Of a stretch of 64,000 nucleotides of DNA, positions 1 to 8,818 are shown in pieces. The notes under the pieces are model-generated. The model was not told the origin of the DNA, did no database searches, and saw nothing but the letters and a program-made list of their open reading frames with translations. Location of the stretch: positions 64,001-128,000 of the IMG/VR virus record IMGVR_UViG_3300027815_000003, one strand, 5' to 3'. This DNA comes from a virus. Each line of letters begins with the position of its first letter. Position 1 is the first letter of the stretch. The position numbers and the translations under genes are program-made.

Positions 1-142
1 AAACAAATAAATCAATTTTATTATTAAACCACAAATTATTAAAATTTTTTAAATCATTGATATCTATGTTATTTATTTCAAAAATTTCTTTTAATGAAAC
101 ATTTCCCATATCAGTAATTATTTTCGTCTCCGCATCTAAACA
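1..142 (-). mobile_element. N-terminal part of an intein in NrdJ
   Basis: After ...STCAPTG the frame continues CLDAETKIITDMGNVSLKEIF (intein block A) instead of the expected RNR T-(V/I)-S; Cys is codon 500. Confidence 0.85.
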
Positions 143-1639
143 CCCCGTAGGGGCACAAGTTGAAATAGAAACATTTCTACGTCCATATTTCATCATTCTC
201 CCGTACATTTCTGGATATTCATTTTTTAACATTTGAATAAATAAAGATGTATTTTCTATTTCTGAATCAAATCCATCAAATGATCCTCTTTCCACTGCCA
301 TATCTATAGAAGATTCAAATTCAGATTGACATTTTATAAACATCATTTTATTTATGAATTCTAAAGATTCTTTAGAATCATATTTAAACCCTAATGCAGC
401 AATAGCGTCAGCCAAAGCGGTAAAACCTAATCCTGTTCTGCGTCCAGATTTACCATTTTTATACAATAATTTCCATGTATCCCTTTCTACACTTTTGATA
501 TAATCTGGCTCTGTATCTGAATCTATTTTATTTTGTATTCTATCAATTGATTCTAATTCTAAATCTACCAAATCATCCATTAATCTTTGAGATTCATAAT
601 TATCTTTATAAAATTTTTCATAATCAAACCATGCATTTTTTGTAAACGGATTCCTAATATATCCAAATAAATTAATAGCAATTAATCTACAACTATCCCC
701 ACCCTGCATCATTATTTCGGAACAGGGGTTCGAAACAAGATTTTTAAATTGTGGATAAACAGAAGAAGTAGAATACCAATGGTGTTTATCTCCAAACATT
801 AATCCTGGTTCTGCTGATGTCCACGCACACTTGATTATTGTATCCCAAAGTTTTTTTGCATTGATTTTTTTTACTATTTGTGGATTATCTGAATCCACAG
901 GCCATTGTTGAGTAAATTCTTTATTTTCTTTTACACAATTTAAAAATTCATCAGAGATAATGATAGATACATTAGCCCCAGTAACTTTTTTTAAATCTTG
1001 TTTAATTAAAGCAAATTGTTCTACATCTGGATGTTTTATATCTATAGCAATCATCAATGCACCTCTTCTTCCGTTTTGCGCCACCTCCCGACAGGTATTG
1101 GAAAACCGTTCCATAAAAGAAACAGCACCAGTGGAAGTCATAGCAGCATTAGTCACATTACTTCCTTCTGGTCTAAGAGAAGATATATTAATTCCAGCGC
1201 CCATCCTTCTTTTCATTGCCTGTGCCAATTGTTGATCTGTATAAAAAATACCACCATAAGAATCAAATATTTCTGGAAAGGTAACGCAGTTACTTAAACT
1301 TCCGAAAACATAAGGATTACCTAATAACGCCATAGGGGATCCTTGTGGAATCGGGCCATTAAAATGGTCAAACATATCAAATATTTTTTGTTCTGTTAAT
1401 TCTTCTCTTTCTTGCCCATATTTAGAAAGTTTTGATTTATCTTCTTCTTTTACTTTATAATTTTTCTCTATTCTTGCAAATTCTTTTGCCATACGTCTAT
1501 GCATTTGGGATGGATTTGTTTCTACAAATTCTCCTTTTTCATTACGCATTGCATATTTATTTACAAATACATCTGCTGCTAATTCATCACCATTAAAATA
1601 TTGTAGGCTATCTTTAATAGCATCCTCATAAGTCGCCAT
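1..1639 (-). CDS. nrdJ: Class II (adenosylcobalamin-dependent) ribonucleotide reductase, intein-containing, 3'-truncated by window edge (not in ORF track)
   Basis: Manual translation of the start and several internal segments from ATG 1639 (GGAG RBS): DELAADVFVNKYAM, PQGSPM, SLSNCV, GRRGALM, SNPCSEI, RRTGLG, VSISTCAPTG, all in one frame. Confidence 0.9.
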   Translation of the reverse strand, partial: MATYEDAIKDSLQYFNGDELAADVFVNKYAMRNEKGEFVETNPSQMHRRMAKEFARIEKNYKVKEEDKSKLSKYGQEREELTEQKIFDMFDHFNGPIPQGSPMALLGNPYVFGSLSNCVTFPEIFDSYGGIFYTDQQLAQAMKRRMGAGINISSLRPEGSNVTNAAMTSTGAVSFMERFSNTCREVAQNGRRGALMIAIDIKHPDVEQFALIKQDLKKVTGANVSIIISDEFLNCVKENKEFTQQWPVDSDNPQIVKKINAKKLWDTIIKCAWTSAEPGLMFGDKHHWYSTSSVYPQFKNLVSNPCSEIMMQGGDSCRLIAINLFGYIRNPFTKNAWFDYEKFYKDNYESQRLMDDLVDLELESIDRIQNKIDSDTEPDYIKSVERDTWKLLYKNGKSGRRTGLGFTALADAIAALGFKYDSKESLEFINKMMFIKCQSEFESSIDMAVERGSFDGFDSEIENTSLFIQMLKNEYPEMYGRMMKYGRRNVSISTCAPTGCLDAETKIITDMGNVSLKEIFEINNIDINDLKNFNNLWFNNKIDLFV

Positions 1640-1657
1640 TTAATTATTTTTCTCCAT

Positions 1658-4321
1658 TTATATTATTATCTTCCTTTTTATTTCACCATTTACCATTATT
1701 CTCCCGTCATACCCACAAACGAGACACAATTTATTATCCTTTATATATGCAGGATATCCTAATCCACAATCTGGGCAAAACTCTTCACCAGCACCACTTT
1801 GAACTTGTTTTCTTATCGCTGGAATATTATTTTCTATTACATTAGCAAAATCTTGTACATTACCCATAATCTGTGTACCGACATTCCCAACCAATTCACT
1901 ATATGCCTTACAAGCAAGCAAAGAACTAAAAAAACTATTTCCAGAAAATACAGCCTTACCGTTTCTTCTCACCAATAAAATATGATTTGAAACGGTTGCA
2001 CAATATATTTTACCATTATAATTTTCCCAACAGTCTGTTTTAACTTTGTTAGAATAAGGCATATTTTCTTTTTTCAAAACAGCTATTTCATATTTTAAAT
2101 GTTTTACAAAGCCATGTGGAGCTTTTTTACCAATATTATTTATCATATAAATATTTGATCCATAATTTAATTTTATACATAATTCCTGAAATTGATCAGC
2201 TAATAATTTAGATGTTGTACTATATCTTATATTTGTATAAAGTTGAGTCCCGTCCCCTAACATTAATGCATCAAAAATAATTTTAAGTTTATCTGTAGAT
2301 AATTCTAAACACCATTCTGGTATTTTTTTATTCCAAGAATATCTTCCAATTAAATTATCTAATTCTAAAGATAACCTAGTATTATATATCTCAAAATATG
2401 GGGCATCTTTATTTTTATAATTATGCTTTGTATATTTCCAGGGAAGTTTATTGAAACAATTTTCTATTTTTTCGCTTTTCCATCCATCTTTTTGATCTAT
2501 TCTAAAATATGCATTTTTAATACTTCCGTCTTTCTTTTTATGATAAGATGAATATCCTTCTGAGATAGAATATCCTAAAAATTCTAAAAATAAATCAATA
2601 TCTAATAATTCACCAGCCAATTCAACTTTATTTTTTTCTTTACCCCTCCATAATGCAGATTTTTTATATCTATATTGTTTACCTATTATATTTGACGCTT
2701 TTTTAAAATTAAAAAATGAAAAATCTTTACTGTTCCGTGAAACTAACATATTATGATTTGGTGTAACTAATAAATCAACATGATTGTTTTTTTGATGATA
2801 CATTTGGCCAGAATAATTTTCTGAAATAAGTTTAGATGGTTTTTCATATATCAAATATCCGTCTTTATCTAACGAGGCTAATTCATCTTCATAAATGACT
2901 TCTTTCCAAAATTTCCATCCCTTTTTTGTTAAAACTTCTGTTTGTTCATCGTAACATTCTCCGTGCCCATATTTTTTAGTTCTTGGCGCATCATAATTTC
3001 CATTTACACTTATTATCTGTGTATGTTGCATTATATCAAACATATATTCTATTTTTTTAGTATTTATTATTTTACTATAATTAGCTGCAAGAACACCAAT
3101 ATTTGTCCTTCCAAAAACATGACCGTGCCAACAAGATGTTAAACCTCTATCATCTAATTCTGGTCTTGTAGAATCCCAATAACCTCTTGTTATATTAAAA
3201 TTTTCTGACAATAAATTAAAATATTCAACTTGATCATTTGGTTCCCAATTCCATAAAAGTTTTTGAAAAATTTGTATCATTTTTCCAGTTTTTTCATTTA
3301 CCTTAAATATACTTACATGTGTCGGGTCTATTTTTACTCCTATATCAGCACCAGCAATAATAAACCAATCATCACCAAATTCGTGCTTTTCATATTCATC
3401 TAAATTTTTCAAATCATAATTTTCACATTGTTTAAGTGATTCTTCTGTAATATATGAATTTGCAGTAGAATATGGCATCATCATATATTCTGTAGCAAAT
3501 TCTCTTGGATTATTTTTTTGATAATCAAGTAAATATTTTTCAGTTGTTAATTCTGGACATAAAATCTTTCTATCTGGTGTTGGATTTAATGCGGTTAATA
3601 CTATAGGGACAAATCTATCATCATCTACAGCTTTCATCAACATATCATCTTGTGCCATTGGAGTTCCAGTAAGAATACGGATAATATGATCCCCAGTTGG
3701 AATATTATACGCCTCTCCCCAAAATCTATTCTCTATTTTTTCAAGTTGAGATGTATTAAGTGGGTTTTGGGGATCTTTTAAAATATCATCAAATACACCA
3801 AATCTATTTGTATGAACACCACGTTTAGCAGTAAATATTCCACCAGACATTATTTCACATCGTTTATTCCCAACCATATAACGAAATAAATATTCTGCAT
3901 CTTTCTCTGTATCTTTGAACCACTCTCCTAGTTGTTCATTATCAGATATTTGTCTACGCATTTCCCTTAAATGATATTGAGCAAGAGGTTCTATATATGA
4001 CATAAATATGCCACTTAAATTTTTAGTATCTTTTAATGTTTTTAAAAATATCCAGAGAGGAAATGCCTGGCATAATATACTTGTTTTCCAATGATATCTT
4101 GGAGCCATACAAACTATATCTTTATGATTTTCCCAAGCATATTCTGCTTTTTCTGCGATATATCCACAGTGCCATAATTTATAATATTCTGGTTTATCAA
4201 AACTTTTTGAAAAAATATTTACAAGAAATTCTTCAAAACTCCCAACTTTAATACTTGGCCTATTAACCAATCTATCATTTATTAATTTTGTTGCATCTTC
4301 AACTGTTATTAAATCAGACAT
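1658..4321 (-). CDS. terL: Terminase large subunit with intein; C-terminal Zn-ribbon tail
   Basis: Walker A-like APRYHWKT, Walker B VFDDI, GTP coupling motif, nuclease IAGADIG; about 547 aa after intein removal; CPDC...CLVC at C-terminus. Confidence 0.88.
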   Translation of the reverse strand: MSDLITVEDATKLINDRLVNRPSIKVGSFEEFLVNIFSKSFDKPEYYKLWHCGYIAEKAEYAWENHKDIVCMAPRYHWKTSILCQAFPLWIFLKTLKDTKNLSGIFMSYIEPLAQYHLREMRRQISDNEQLGEWFKDTEKDAEYLFRYMVGNKRCEIMSGGIFTAKRGVHTNRFGVFDDILKDPQNPLNTSQLEKIENRFWGEAYNIPTGDHIIRILTGTPMAQDDMLMKAVDDDRFVPIVLTALNPTPDRKILCPELTTEKYLLDYQKNNPREFATEYMMMPYSTANSYITEESLKQCENYDLKNLDEYEKHEFGDDWFIIAGADIGVKIDPTHVSIFKVNEKTGKMIQIFQKLLWNWEPNDQVEYFNLLSENFNITRGYWDSTRPELDDRGLTSCWHGHVFGRTNIGVLAANYSKIINTKKIEYMFDIMQHTQIISVNGNYDAPRTKKYGHGECYDEQTEVLTKKGWKFWKEVIYEDELASLDKDGYLIYEKPSKLISENYSGQMYHQKNNHVDLLVTPNHNMLVSRNSKDFSFFNFKKASNIIGKQYRYKKSALWRGKEKNKVELAGELLDIDLFLEFLGYSISEGYSSYHKKKDGSIKNAYFRIDQKDGWKSEKIENCFNKLPWKYTKHNYKNKDAPYFEIYNTRLSLELDNLIGRYSWNKKIPEWCLELSTDKLKIIFDALMLGDGTQLYTNIRYSTTSKLLADQFQELCIKLNYGSNIYMINNIGKKAPHGFVKHLKYEIAVLKKENMPYSNKVKTDCWENYNGKIYCATVSNHILLVRRNGKAVFSGNSFFSSLLACKAYSELVGNVGTQIMGNVQDFANVIENNIPAIRKQVQSGAGEEFCPDCGLGYPAYIKDNKLCLVCGYDGRIMVNGEIKRKIII
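1937..2956 (-). mobile_element. 340-aa intein with LAGLIDADG homing endonuclease in TerL nuclease domain
   Basis: GHGE|CYDEQTEVLTKKGWK ... FLGYSISEG ... ALMLGDG ... HILLVRRNGKAVFSGN|SFFS (Cys1, terminal Asn, +1 Ser). Confidence 0.92.
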
Positions 4322-4323
4322 TC

Positions 4324-4659
4324 TTATCTAAAAAATTTATTCATAGTCCAGAGTTTTACCCGCCCACCACATTTATGAATTAAATCCCCATCCTGTATTT
4401 TAAATTTTAATACCACACTATTTCTTTTTATCCAAGATTCAAATACTTCGTTTGGCATTGAGCCATATTCAAAAAATGTAAACAAAAAAGGCTCTATACC
4501 TTCTATATCATCTATATACATTGAAAAAATATCTAAACAAAAAGAACATTGTCCTATATAATGTATAGGATTATATTTCCTCTTGTAAAATCTTTTGTAG
4601 CTTGATCTGTATCCTTTTGAGTAATTCTGGATCATCTGGGATTTCCTCCAATAATACAT
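4324..4659 (-). CDS. Hypothetical protein, possible Zn-binding (CSFC...HKC); start uncertain
   Basis: ORF track; lies between putative terS and terL. Confidence 0.5.
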   Translation of the reverse strand: MYYWRKSQMIQNYSKGYRSSYKRFYKRKYNPIHYIGQCSFCLDIFSMYIDDIEGIEPFLFTFFEYGSMPNEVFESWIKRNSVVLKFKIQDGDLIHKCGGRVKLWTMNKFFR

Positions 4660-5071
4660 TAATTAAAGCTTCAACGAATTTCATTTCTATTATCCCTTTT
4701 GCCAACTTATTATATGCTTGTGATGCATCAACAATTGCTTTTGCCGCACCTTCAGCTTTTTCAAAAGGTAGGTATTCTAATTCTTCGTTAGCTTTAACCG
4801 TTATTTTGTTTAGCTTATCCATATGCTCTAATTGATTACGAGCATAATCAGCTAATGTTTGTGTTTGTTTGGTAGTTACATCATTATATGCATTAGCTCT
4901 TGCTAATGCACGGGTTGTTTTCCAATCTCCTTCTTTTGCCCAAGAATTTATTGTTTCTGATTTTATGATAGCATCAAATTCTTCATCTATCTTACTAATA
5001 ACTTGCTGATTATTAATACCTTCTATATATAATTCATAAGCTCTTTTTTTTATTTCTTCTGGATATTTCAT
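4571..5071 (-). CDS. Putative terminase small subunit
   Basis: N-terminal HTH (YPEEIKKRAYELY...TINSWAKEGDW), helical body, upstream of terL. Confidence 0.65.
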   Translation of the reverse strand: MKYPEEIKKRAYELYIEGINNQQVISKIDEEFDAIIKSETINSWAKEGDWKTTRALARANAYNDVTTKQTQTLADYARNQLEHMDKLNKITVKANEELEYLPFEKAEGAAKAIVDASQAYNKLAKGIIEMKFVEALINVLLEEIPDDPELLKRIQIKLQKILQEEI

Positions 5072-5074
5072 TTT

Positions 5075-5524
5075 CTATGTAATTGGTTTAAGTTTTTCTT
5101 CAACGCTAGGACGTGGATATAAATCCCCAGTTATCCCGTCTATGTTAGGTGCATTGGATATGTTGCCGCCATAGGGCATTCCTGAATGGTCTAAAAATCT
5201 ATCTAAATTTACACCTTTACCCCATTTTTTCATACTTCTAAAATTACAAACCACATCTCCATTTTCTTTAGTTGTAAAGCCAACTTCTGGTCTTATACAT
5301 ATACCTTTATATGGTGCTTCAAATTCAGAATAATGACCACCACCAACAACCATTCCACCACGTTTTATTCTTTTACCCTGGTCTAAATCTTTATTATAAA
5401 CACAACCAGATTCTTTACAAAAAATTATTTTGCAATTATCCCAGAATAACAAATTACAAGTTTCATGTGTCGGTAATTTACATTCTTCCCCATATAATAA
5501 ACATTTGTTTTCTTCTTTATTCAT
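5075..5524 (-). CDS. Cys-rich hypothetical protein
   Basis: ORF track; first gene after promoter at 5554-5582. Confidence 0.6.
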   Translation of the reverse strand: MNKEENKCLLYGEECKLPTHETCNLLFWDNCKIIFCKESGCVYNKDLDQGKRIKRGGMVVGGGHYSEFEAPYKGICIRPEVGFTTKENGDVVCNFRSMKKWGKGVNLDRFLDHSGMPYGGNISNAPNIDGITGDLYPRPSVEEKLKPIT

Positions 5525-5553
5525 ATCTTAATTTTTATCCTTTTGTACTTTCT

Positions 5554-5582
5554 ATTATAACATACTTTTAGTCTATTGTAAA
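5554..5582 (-). promoter_or_regulatory. sigma70/sigmaA-type promoter
   Basis: TTTACA-17 nt-TATAAT with TG extension. Confidence 0.75.
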
Positions 5583-5587
5583 GTAAA

Positions 5588-5806
5588 TTATCTAATCATC
5601 CCACTTGGCCCACTATCTGGAGTCCAAATTTGAACTTCTTTCTTTTCTTCTATTTTTTGTTCTTTTGGTTTCTCTTTTATATCAAGAATTTGCGGTAACA
5701 TCCAAACTAGGAAATGTGTAAAATCTGTATGCCTAAAACACATAGAAATTTTACTTTGTTGATAAATTGTATTATTACAATCTGGGACAATACATTTATT
5801 TTTCAT
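5588..5806 (-). CDS. Small Zn-binding protein (C-x4-C...C-x2-H)
   Basis: MKNKCIVPDC...SMCFRH; start overlaps nuclease stop. Confidence 0.6.
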   Translation of the reverse strand: MKNKCIVPDCNNTIYQQSKISMCFRHTDFTHFLVWMLPQILDIKEKPKEQKIEEKKEVQIWTPDSGPSGMIR

Positions 5807-7091
5807 TTATTAATTCTTTTTTTATCCTTTCATATCCATTTTTCAATATTATCATAAGTGTTTCTTTGGGATATAACAATTCAAATTCATCTATTTTATT
5901 TTTACTTCCTTTATCCATATATCCTTTTATCTCTAAATATATCCCTAATTCTGGTAAATAAAAATCTGGAAAATAACGATGTCCATTATTCAATAAAAAT
6001 CCTTTTGGTTCATACAACCATTTAATATTAAACTTATTAAAATAGTCTATCGTTGTTGTTTCCCAAGAACTCCTTGTTAAAATTATTTTATTTTGTTCTT
6101 TTGAAAATCTATAATCTTTTTTGTAAAAATTTCCCAAAGGATTATTTGGGGGTGGATTATTTTTATAAAATTCTTTCATTCTTTTAGACATAATTTCTTT
6201 TAAATAACAACCACAACTAATCGTAATACCATCTAATAAATTTTTTGTTCTTACAAAACTTATTTTTCCACAATCACATTGACATTTCCATCTCACAATA
6301 TTCTTATTCATATCTATATCTATTACTATTAATCTACCAAATTTTTCTCCTATTAAATATCTTTTTCTATCAATAATTGGTATTTTTATATTTTCGTTTT
6401 TACAAAAATAATTTATACAACCAAAAGAAAAAGATAAAATTTTAGATAATTCCATTAAAGAATATTTACCGCTTTTTATTAGTTCTATATTTTCTTTTGT
6501 TAATTGACTTACTTTATTATATTTTACTTTTTGTCTTTCTCTAGTTTTTCCGTGACCTGGGACATAATAACGCAAACATCTTTGTCCACATCCACACTTA
6601 CAATATTTTTTTATTCTTTTTTGTTCTCTATATATATTGGAACTATTATTTTTACAATCTTTGCATAGATAATTTAAACCATCAACAGACATCTTCAATA
6701 TTCCAAACTCATTTTTATTTTTTATAATTTTACATTTATAACAAATTTTAAATCCTTCTGTAATAATTATTTTTTCTGGAACAAAACCATACTTTCTTAT
6801 AAAACAATAATCACTATAACATTTTTTACATATTCTCTGTAAGCCATCTATAAATTTTTTATTTTTTGAAAATTCTGGCTTATTTTTTTTAATATGACAT
6901 TTAGAACAAATTTTAAAATCACTTTCAACTATTATTTCTTGTTCTTTTAATTTTATATATCCATATTTCTTCAAAGAATAATAATCATAATTACATTCTC
7001 TACAACTTCCATATAATCCATCCTTACTTCTTTTTAATTTACCAAATTCACTTTCTTCTTTTTCTACTTTACATTTACTACAAACTTTCAT
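5796..7091 (-). CDS. Cassette 1 endonuclease: CxxC repeats + CGCG motif + LIGEKFGRL domain + PD-(D/E)XK nuclease
   Basis: MKVCSKCK repeats; RSSWE...YEP...YFPDFYLPELGIYLEIKG. Confidence 0.8.
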   Translation of the reverse strand: MKVCSKCKVEKEESEFGKLKRSKDGLYGSCRECNYDYYSLKKYGYIKLKEQEIIVESDFKICSKCHIKKNKPEFSKNKKFIDGLQRICKKCYSDYCFIRKYGFVPEKIIITEGFKICYKCKIIKNKNEFGILKMSVDGLNYLCKDCKNNSSNIYREQKRIKKYCKCGCGQRCLRYYVPGHGKTRERQKVKYNKVSQLTKENIELIKSGKYSLMELSKILSFSFGCINYFCKNENIKIPIIDRKRYLIGEKFGRLIVIDIDMNKNIVRWKCQCDCGKISFVRTKNLLDGITISCGCYLKEIMSKRMKEFYKNNPPPNNPLGNFYKKDYRFSKEQNKIILTRSSWETTTIDYFNKFNIKWLYEPKGFLLNNGHRYFPDFYLPELGIYLEIKGYMDKGSKNKIDEFELLYPKETLMIILKNGYERIKKELINEK

Positions 7092-7094
7092 TTT

Positions 7095-7156
7095 TATTCT
7101 CCTTATACAATCTTATGTATACTTATATTATACCACATAATTATAAAAGAAGAAAT
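7095..7156 (-). promoter_or_regulatory. Extended -10 promoter and RBS of cassette 1 nuclease
   Basis: TGTGGTATAAT (-10 at 7127-7132); AAGGAG RBS; upstream TTCTTCTT can pair with AAGGAGAA. Confidence 0.65.
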
Positions 7157-7160
7157 GTTT

Positions 7161-7310
7161 TTATTTATATTTTTGTATTAAATCCAAAATTGCTTCATCA
7201 AAAAGTTTTGACATTGTTATTCTGGTCTGTTTTGAAAGTTCTTGTAAATTATTAATAATTCCAATATCAATTGAAGTGCAAATTCGTTTTCTGTTTTTTA
7301 AATCCGACAT
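7161..7310 (-). CDS. Ribbon-helix-helix protein, cassette 1 (49 aa, not in track)
   Basis: MSDLKNRKRICTSIDIGIINNLQELSKQTRITMSKLFDEAILDLIQKYK; paralog of 20327, 27566, 30027. Confidence 0.85.
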   Translation of the reverse strand: MSDLKNRKRICTSIDIGIINNLQELSKQTRITMSKLFDEAILDLIQKYK

Positions 7311-7387
7311 ATTAAATATACCTTATTCCCAGAGACTGCTTTACTTGTGCAATATGGGTTTATACATTTTAGTTTATTATTTGCCAT
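7298..7387 (-). pseudogene. Truncated small Zn-protein gene running into RHH1
   Basis: GGAG RBS; MANNKLKCINPYCTSKAVSGNKVYLICRI*; resembles N-terminus of 5588..5806. Confidence 0.55.
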
Positions 7388-7390
7388 TAC

Positions 7391-7585
7391 TTATTTCTCC
7401 TTTTCCATTGATATATCTAAAACCTTAAAATCTTTAGGAATTATAATCTTTATATCTTCCCATTTTATTTCTTGTGATTGTAATTTTAATATATTATTTA
7501 TTAAATTATCTCTTATATGCGGTAATCTAAAAAACGCTTCTAAATCATAATCATCTAAGATTATATTAGTATCTTTTATTCTCAT
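7391..7585 (-). CDS. Hypothetical protein
   Basis: ORF track; coupled TAATG start. Confidence 0.55.
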   Translation of the reverse strand: MRIKDTNIILDDYDLEAFFRLPHIRDNLINNILKLQSQEIKWEDIKIIIPKDFKVLDISMEKEK

Positions 7586-7785
7586 TAAATAATTATTTTC
7601 CTTTTGATTTCCCCATCTTCTGTAACTGGTATTTCTGGTTCTTTTATTTTATCCTCTTCTTGTTTTTTATCTTCCATAAGTTCAATTAACTTCTCTGTAT
7701 AAGAAGCACTACTATTAGTATTATTTGTAGTAATAGTTACATAATATATTATTTGTCCTTTTTCATTTACAAAATAATTATTCAT
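7585..7785 (-). CDS. Hypothetical protein ending GEIKRKIII (same as TerL C-terminus)
   Basis: ORF track; ATGA overlap with upstream gene. Confidence 0.6.
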   Translation of the reverse strand: MNNYFVNEKGQIIYYVTITTNNTNSSASYTEKLIELMEDKKQEEDKIKEPEIPVTEDGEIKRKIII

Positions 7786-8240
7786 TTTATAACTCCAGAT
7801 AAAGCAATTAATGCACTATCATAAAAATCCTGATCTAAAGATTCTGATAAACCAAAAATTTCTATTGCTTTTTTCTTTATATCGTCCTTTTTACAATTAC
7901 CCTTTAGCCCAGGAATTAATCTCTTCCATGTTGTGTTCCCCACTTCTTCTACCAATATCCCTCTATTTTTTAATGTAAGTTTTATCCCAGAAATTATCTG
8001 TATCAAACTTCTTGATGTAAGAAAATTTTGAATATAAATAGGTGCTTCTATTAAAACTTTTGCGTTATCAAAAAATCCATTATTTACATCAACTTCCAAT
8101 TTTTCTATTAAGTCATAAAACTTTTCATTTATATCTTTTTTGTTTGTCTCCCATTTTTTTTGTAAAAGTAATTTCCCATTTTCATCCAAAACTGTACAAT
8201 GTATCCTATTACTAGCCGAATCAATCCCGATTACGTTCAT
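7782..8240 (-). CDS. RuvC-like Holliday junction resolvase
   Basis: VIGIDS, VLIEAP, QDFYDSALIA acidic triad of the RNase H fold. Confidence 0.8.
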   Translation of the reverse strand: MNVIGIDSASNRIHCTVLDENGKLLLQKKWETNKKDINEKFYDLIEKLEVDVNNGFFDNAKVLIEAPIYIQNFLTSRSLIQIISGIKLTLKNRGILVEEVGNTTWKRLIPGLKGNCKKDDIKKKAIEIFGLSESLDQDFYDSALIALSGVIK

Positions 8241-8246
8241 CTTACT

Positions 8247-8525
8247 TCAATAAAATAACCAATTTACCAAGACATCCATTAAGATTGTATCCAAATAAAT
8301 ATATAAATTATCCCTATTTTCAAAAATTTCTTTTTGCGCTATTTTTAATTCTGTTTTTATATTTGAGTTTTCTTTTAGTTCAAATATTATTATTATCTGA
8401 CTCGTGTTTATATCATTTATAATATAAAAATTTAACAAAAACCCTATGTTACGACTTTTTAACCAATTTTGTATAATATAGAATAGAGAATCTTTATCCA
8501 TAGTTTCTGTATTAATATTTATCAT
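8247..8525 (-). CDS. Hypothetical protein
   Basis: ORF track. Confidence 0.55.
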   Translation of the reverse strand: MININTETMDKDSLFYIIQNWLKSRNIGFLLNFYIINDINTSQIIIIFELKENSNIKTELKIAQKEIFENRDNLYIYLDTILMDVLVNWLFY

Positions 8526-8816
8526 TTAATCTTTATTAGCAACTGCTAATAAAATTTCTCCATGTCAGGCTAATGGAACACAAAAACAAATTAAATCTTT
8601 TCCCTTTAATTCTTCTTTTACTGCTTTCAACAATTCTGGATTTCCCATAATATATTCTCTATATCTATCTATAGCTTCTTGTCTGGTTTTAACTTTATAT
8701 TTAGCTAGTGTCCCAGATAAATGAGAATACAAATTACCAAATTTTGTTGGACGCCCCACATAAATAGCCTCTTTAGGGATATCTTTATTAATATTTTTAT
8801 TATAAAGTTTGGGCAT
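8526..8816 (-). CDS. DUF4326-like protein, 96 aa, with in-frame UGA at codon 84 (candidate selenocysteine)
   Basis: IYVGRPTKFGN...LKGKDLICFCVPLA-TGA(8565-8567)-HGEILLAVANKD-TAA(8526-8528); extended frame stops directly before next ATG (8525). Confidence 0.8.
8532..8553 (-). promoter_or_regulatory. Bacterial SECIS-like hairpin
   Basis: TTTATTAGC-AGTT-GCTAATAAA: perfect 9-bp stem beginning 11 nt after UGA; loop G at position 2 followed by U. Confidence 0.7.
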
Positions 8817-8818
8817 TT

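Noticed and set aside
715-735. GGTTCGAA T-loop-like word
   Set aside because: Antisense inside nrdJ (SNPC codons); no cloverleaf
8241-8249. TGA of 8247..8525 is in frame with the RuvC-like ATG
   Set aside because: One-in-three chance; no hairpin or conserved Cys context; RuvC looks complete by itself
8565-8567. Genome-wide TGA reassignment
   Set aside because: TGA acts as a normal stop elsewhere (e.g. ATGA overlaps at 7782 and 41805); the readthrough case is local
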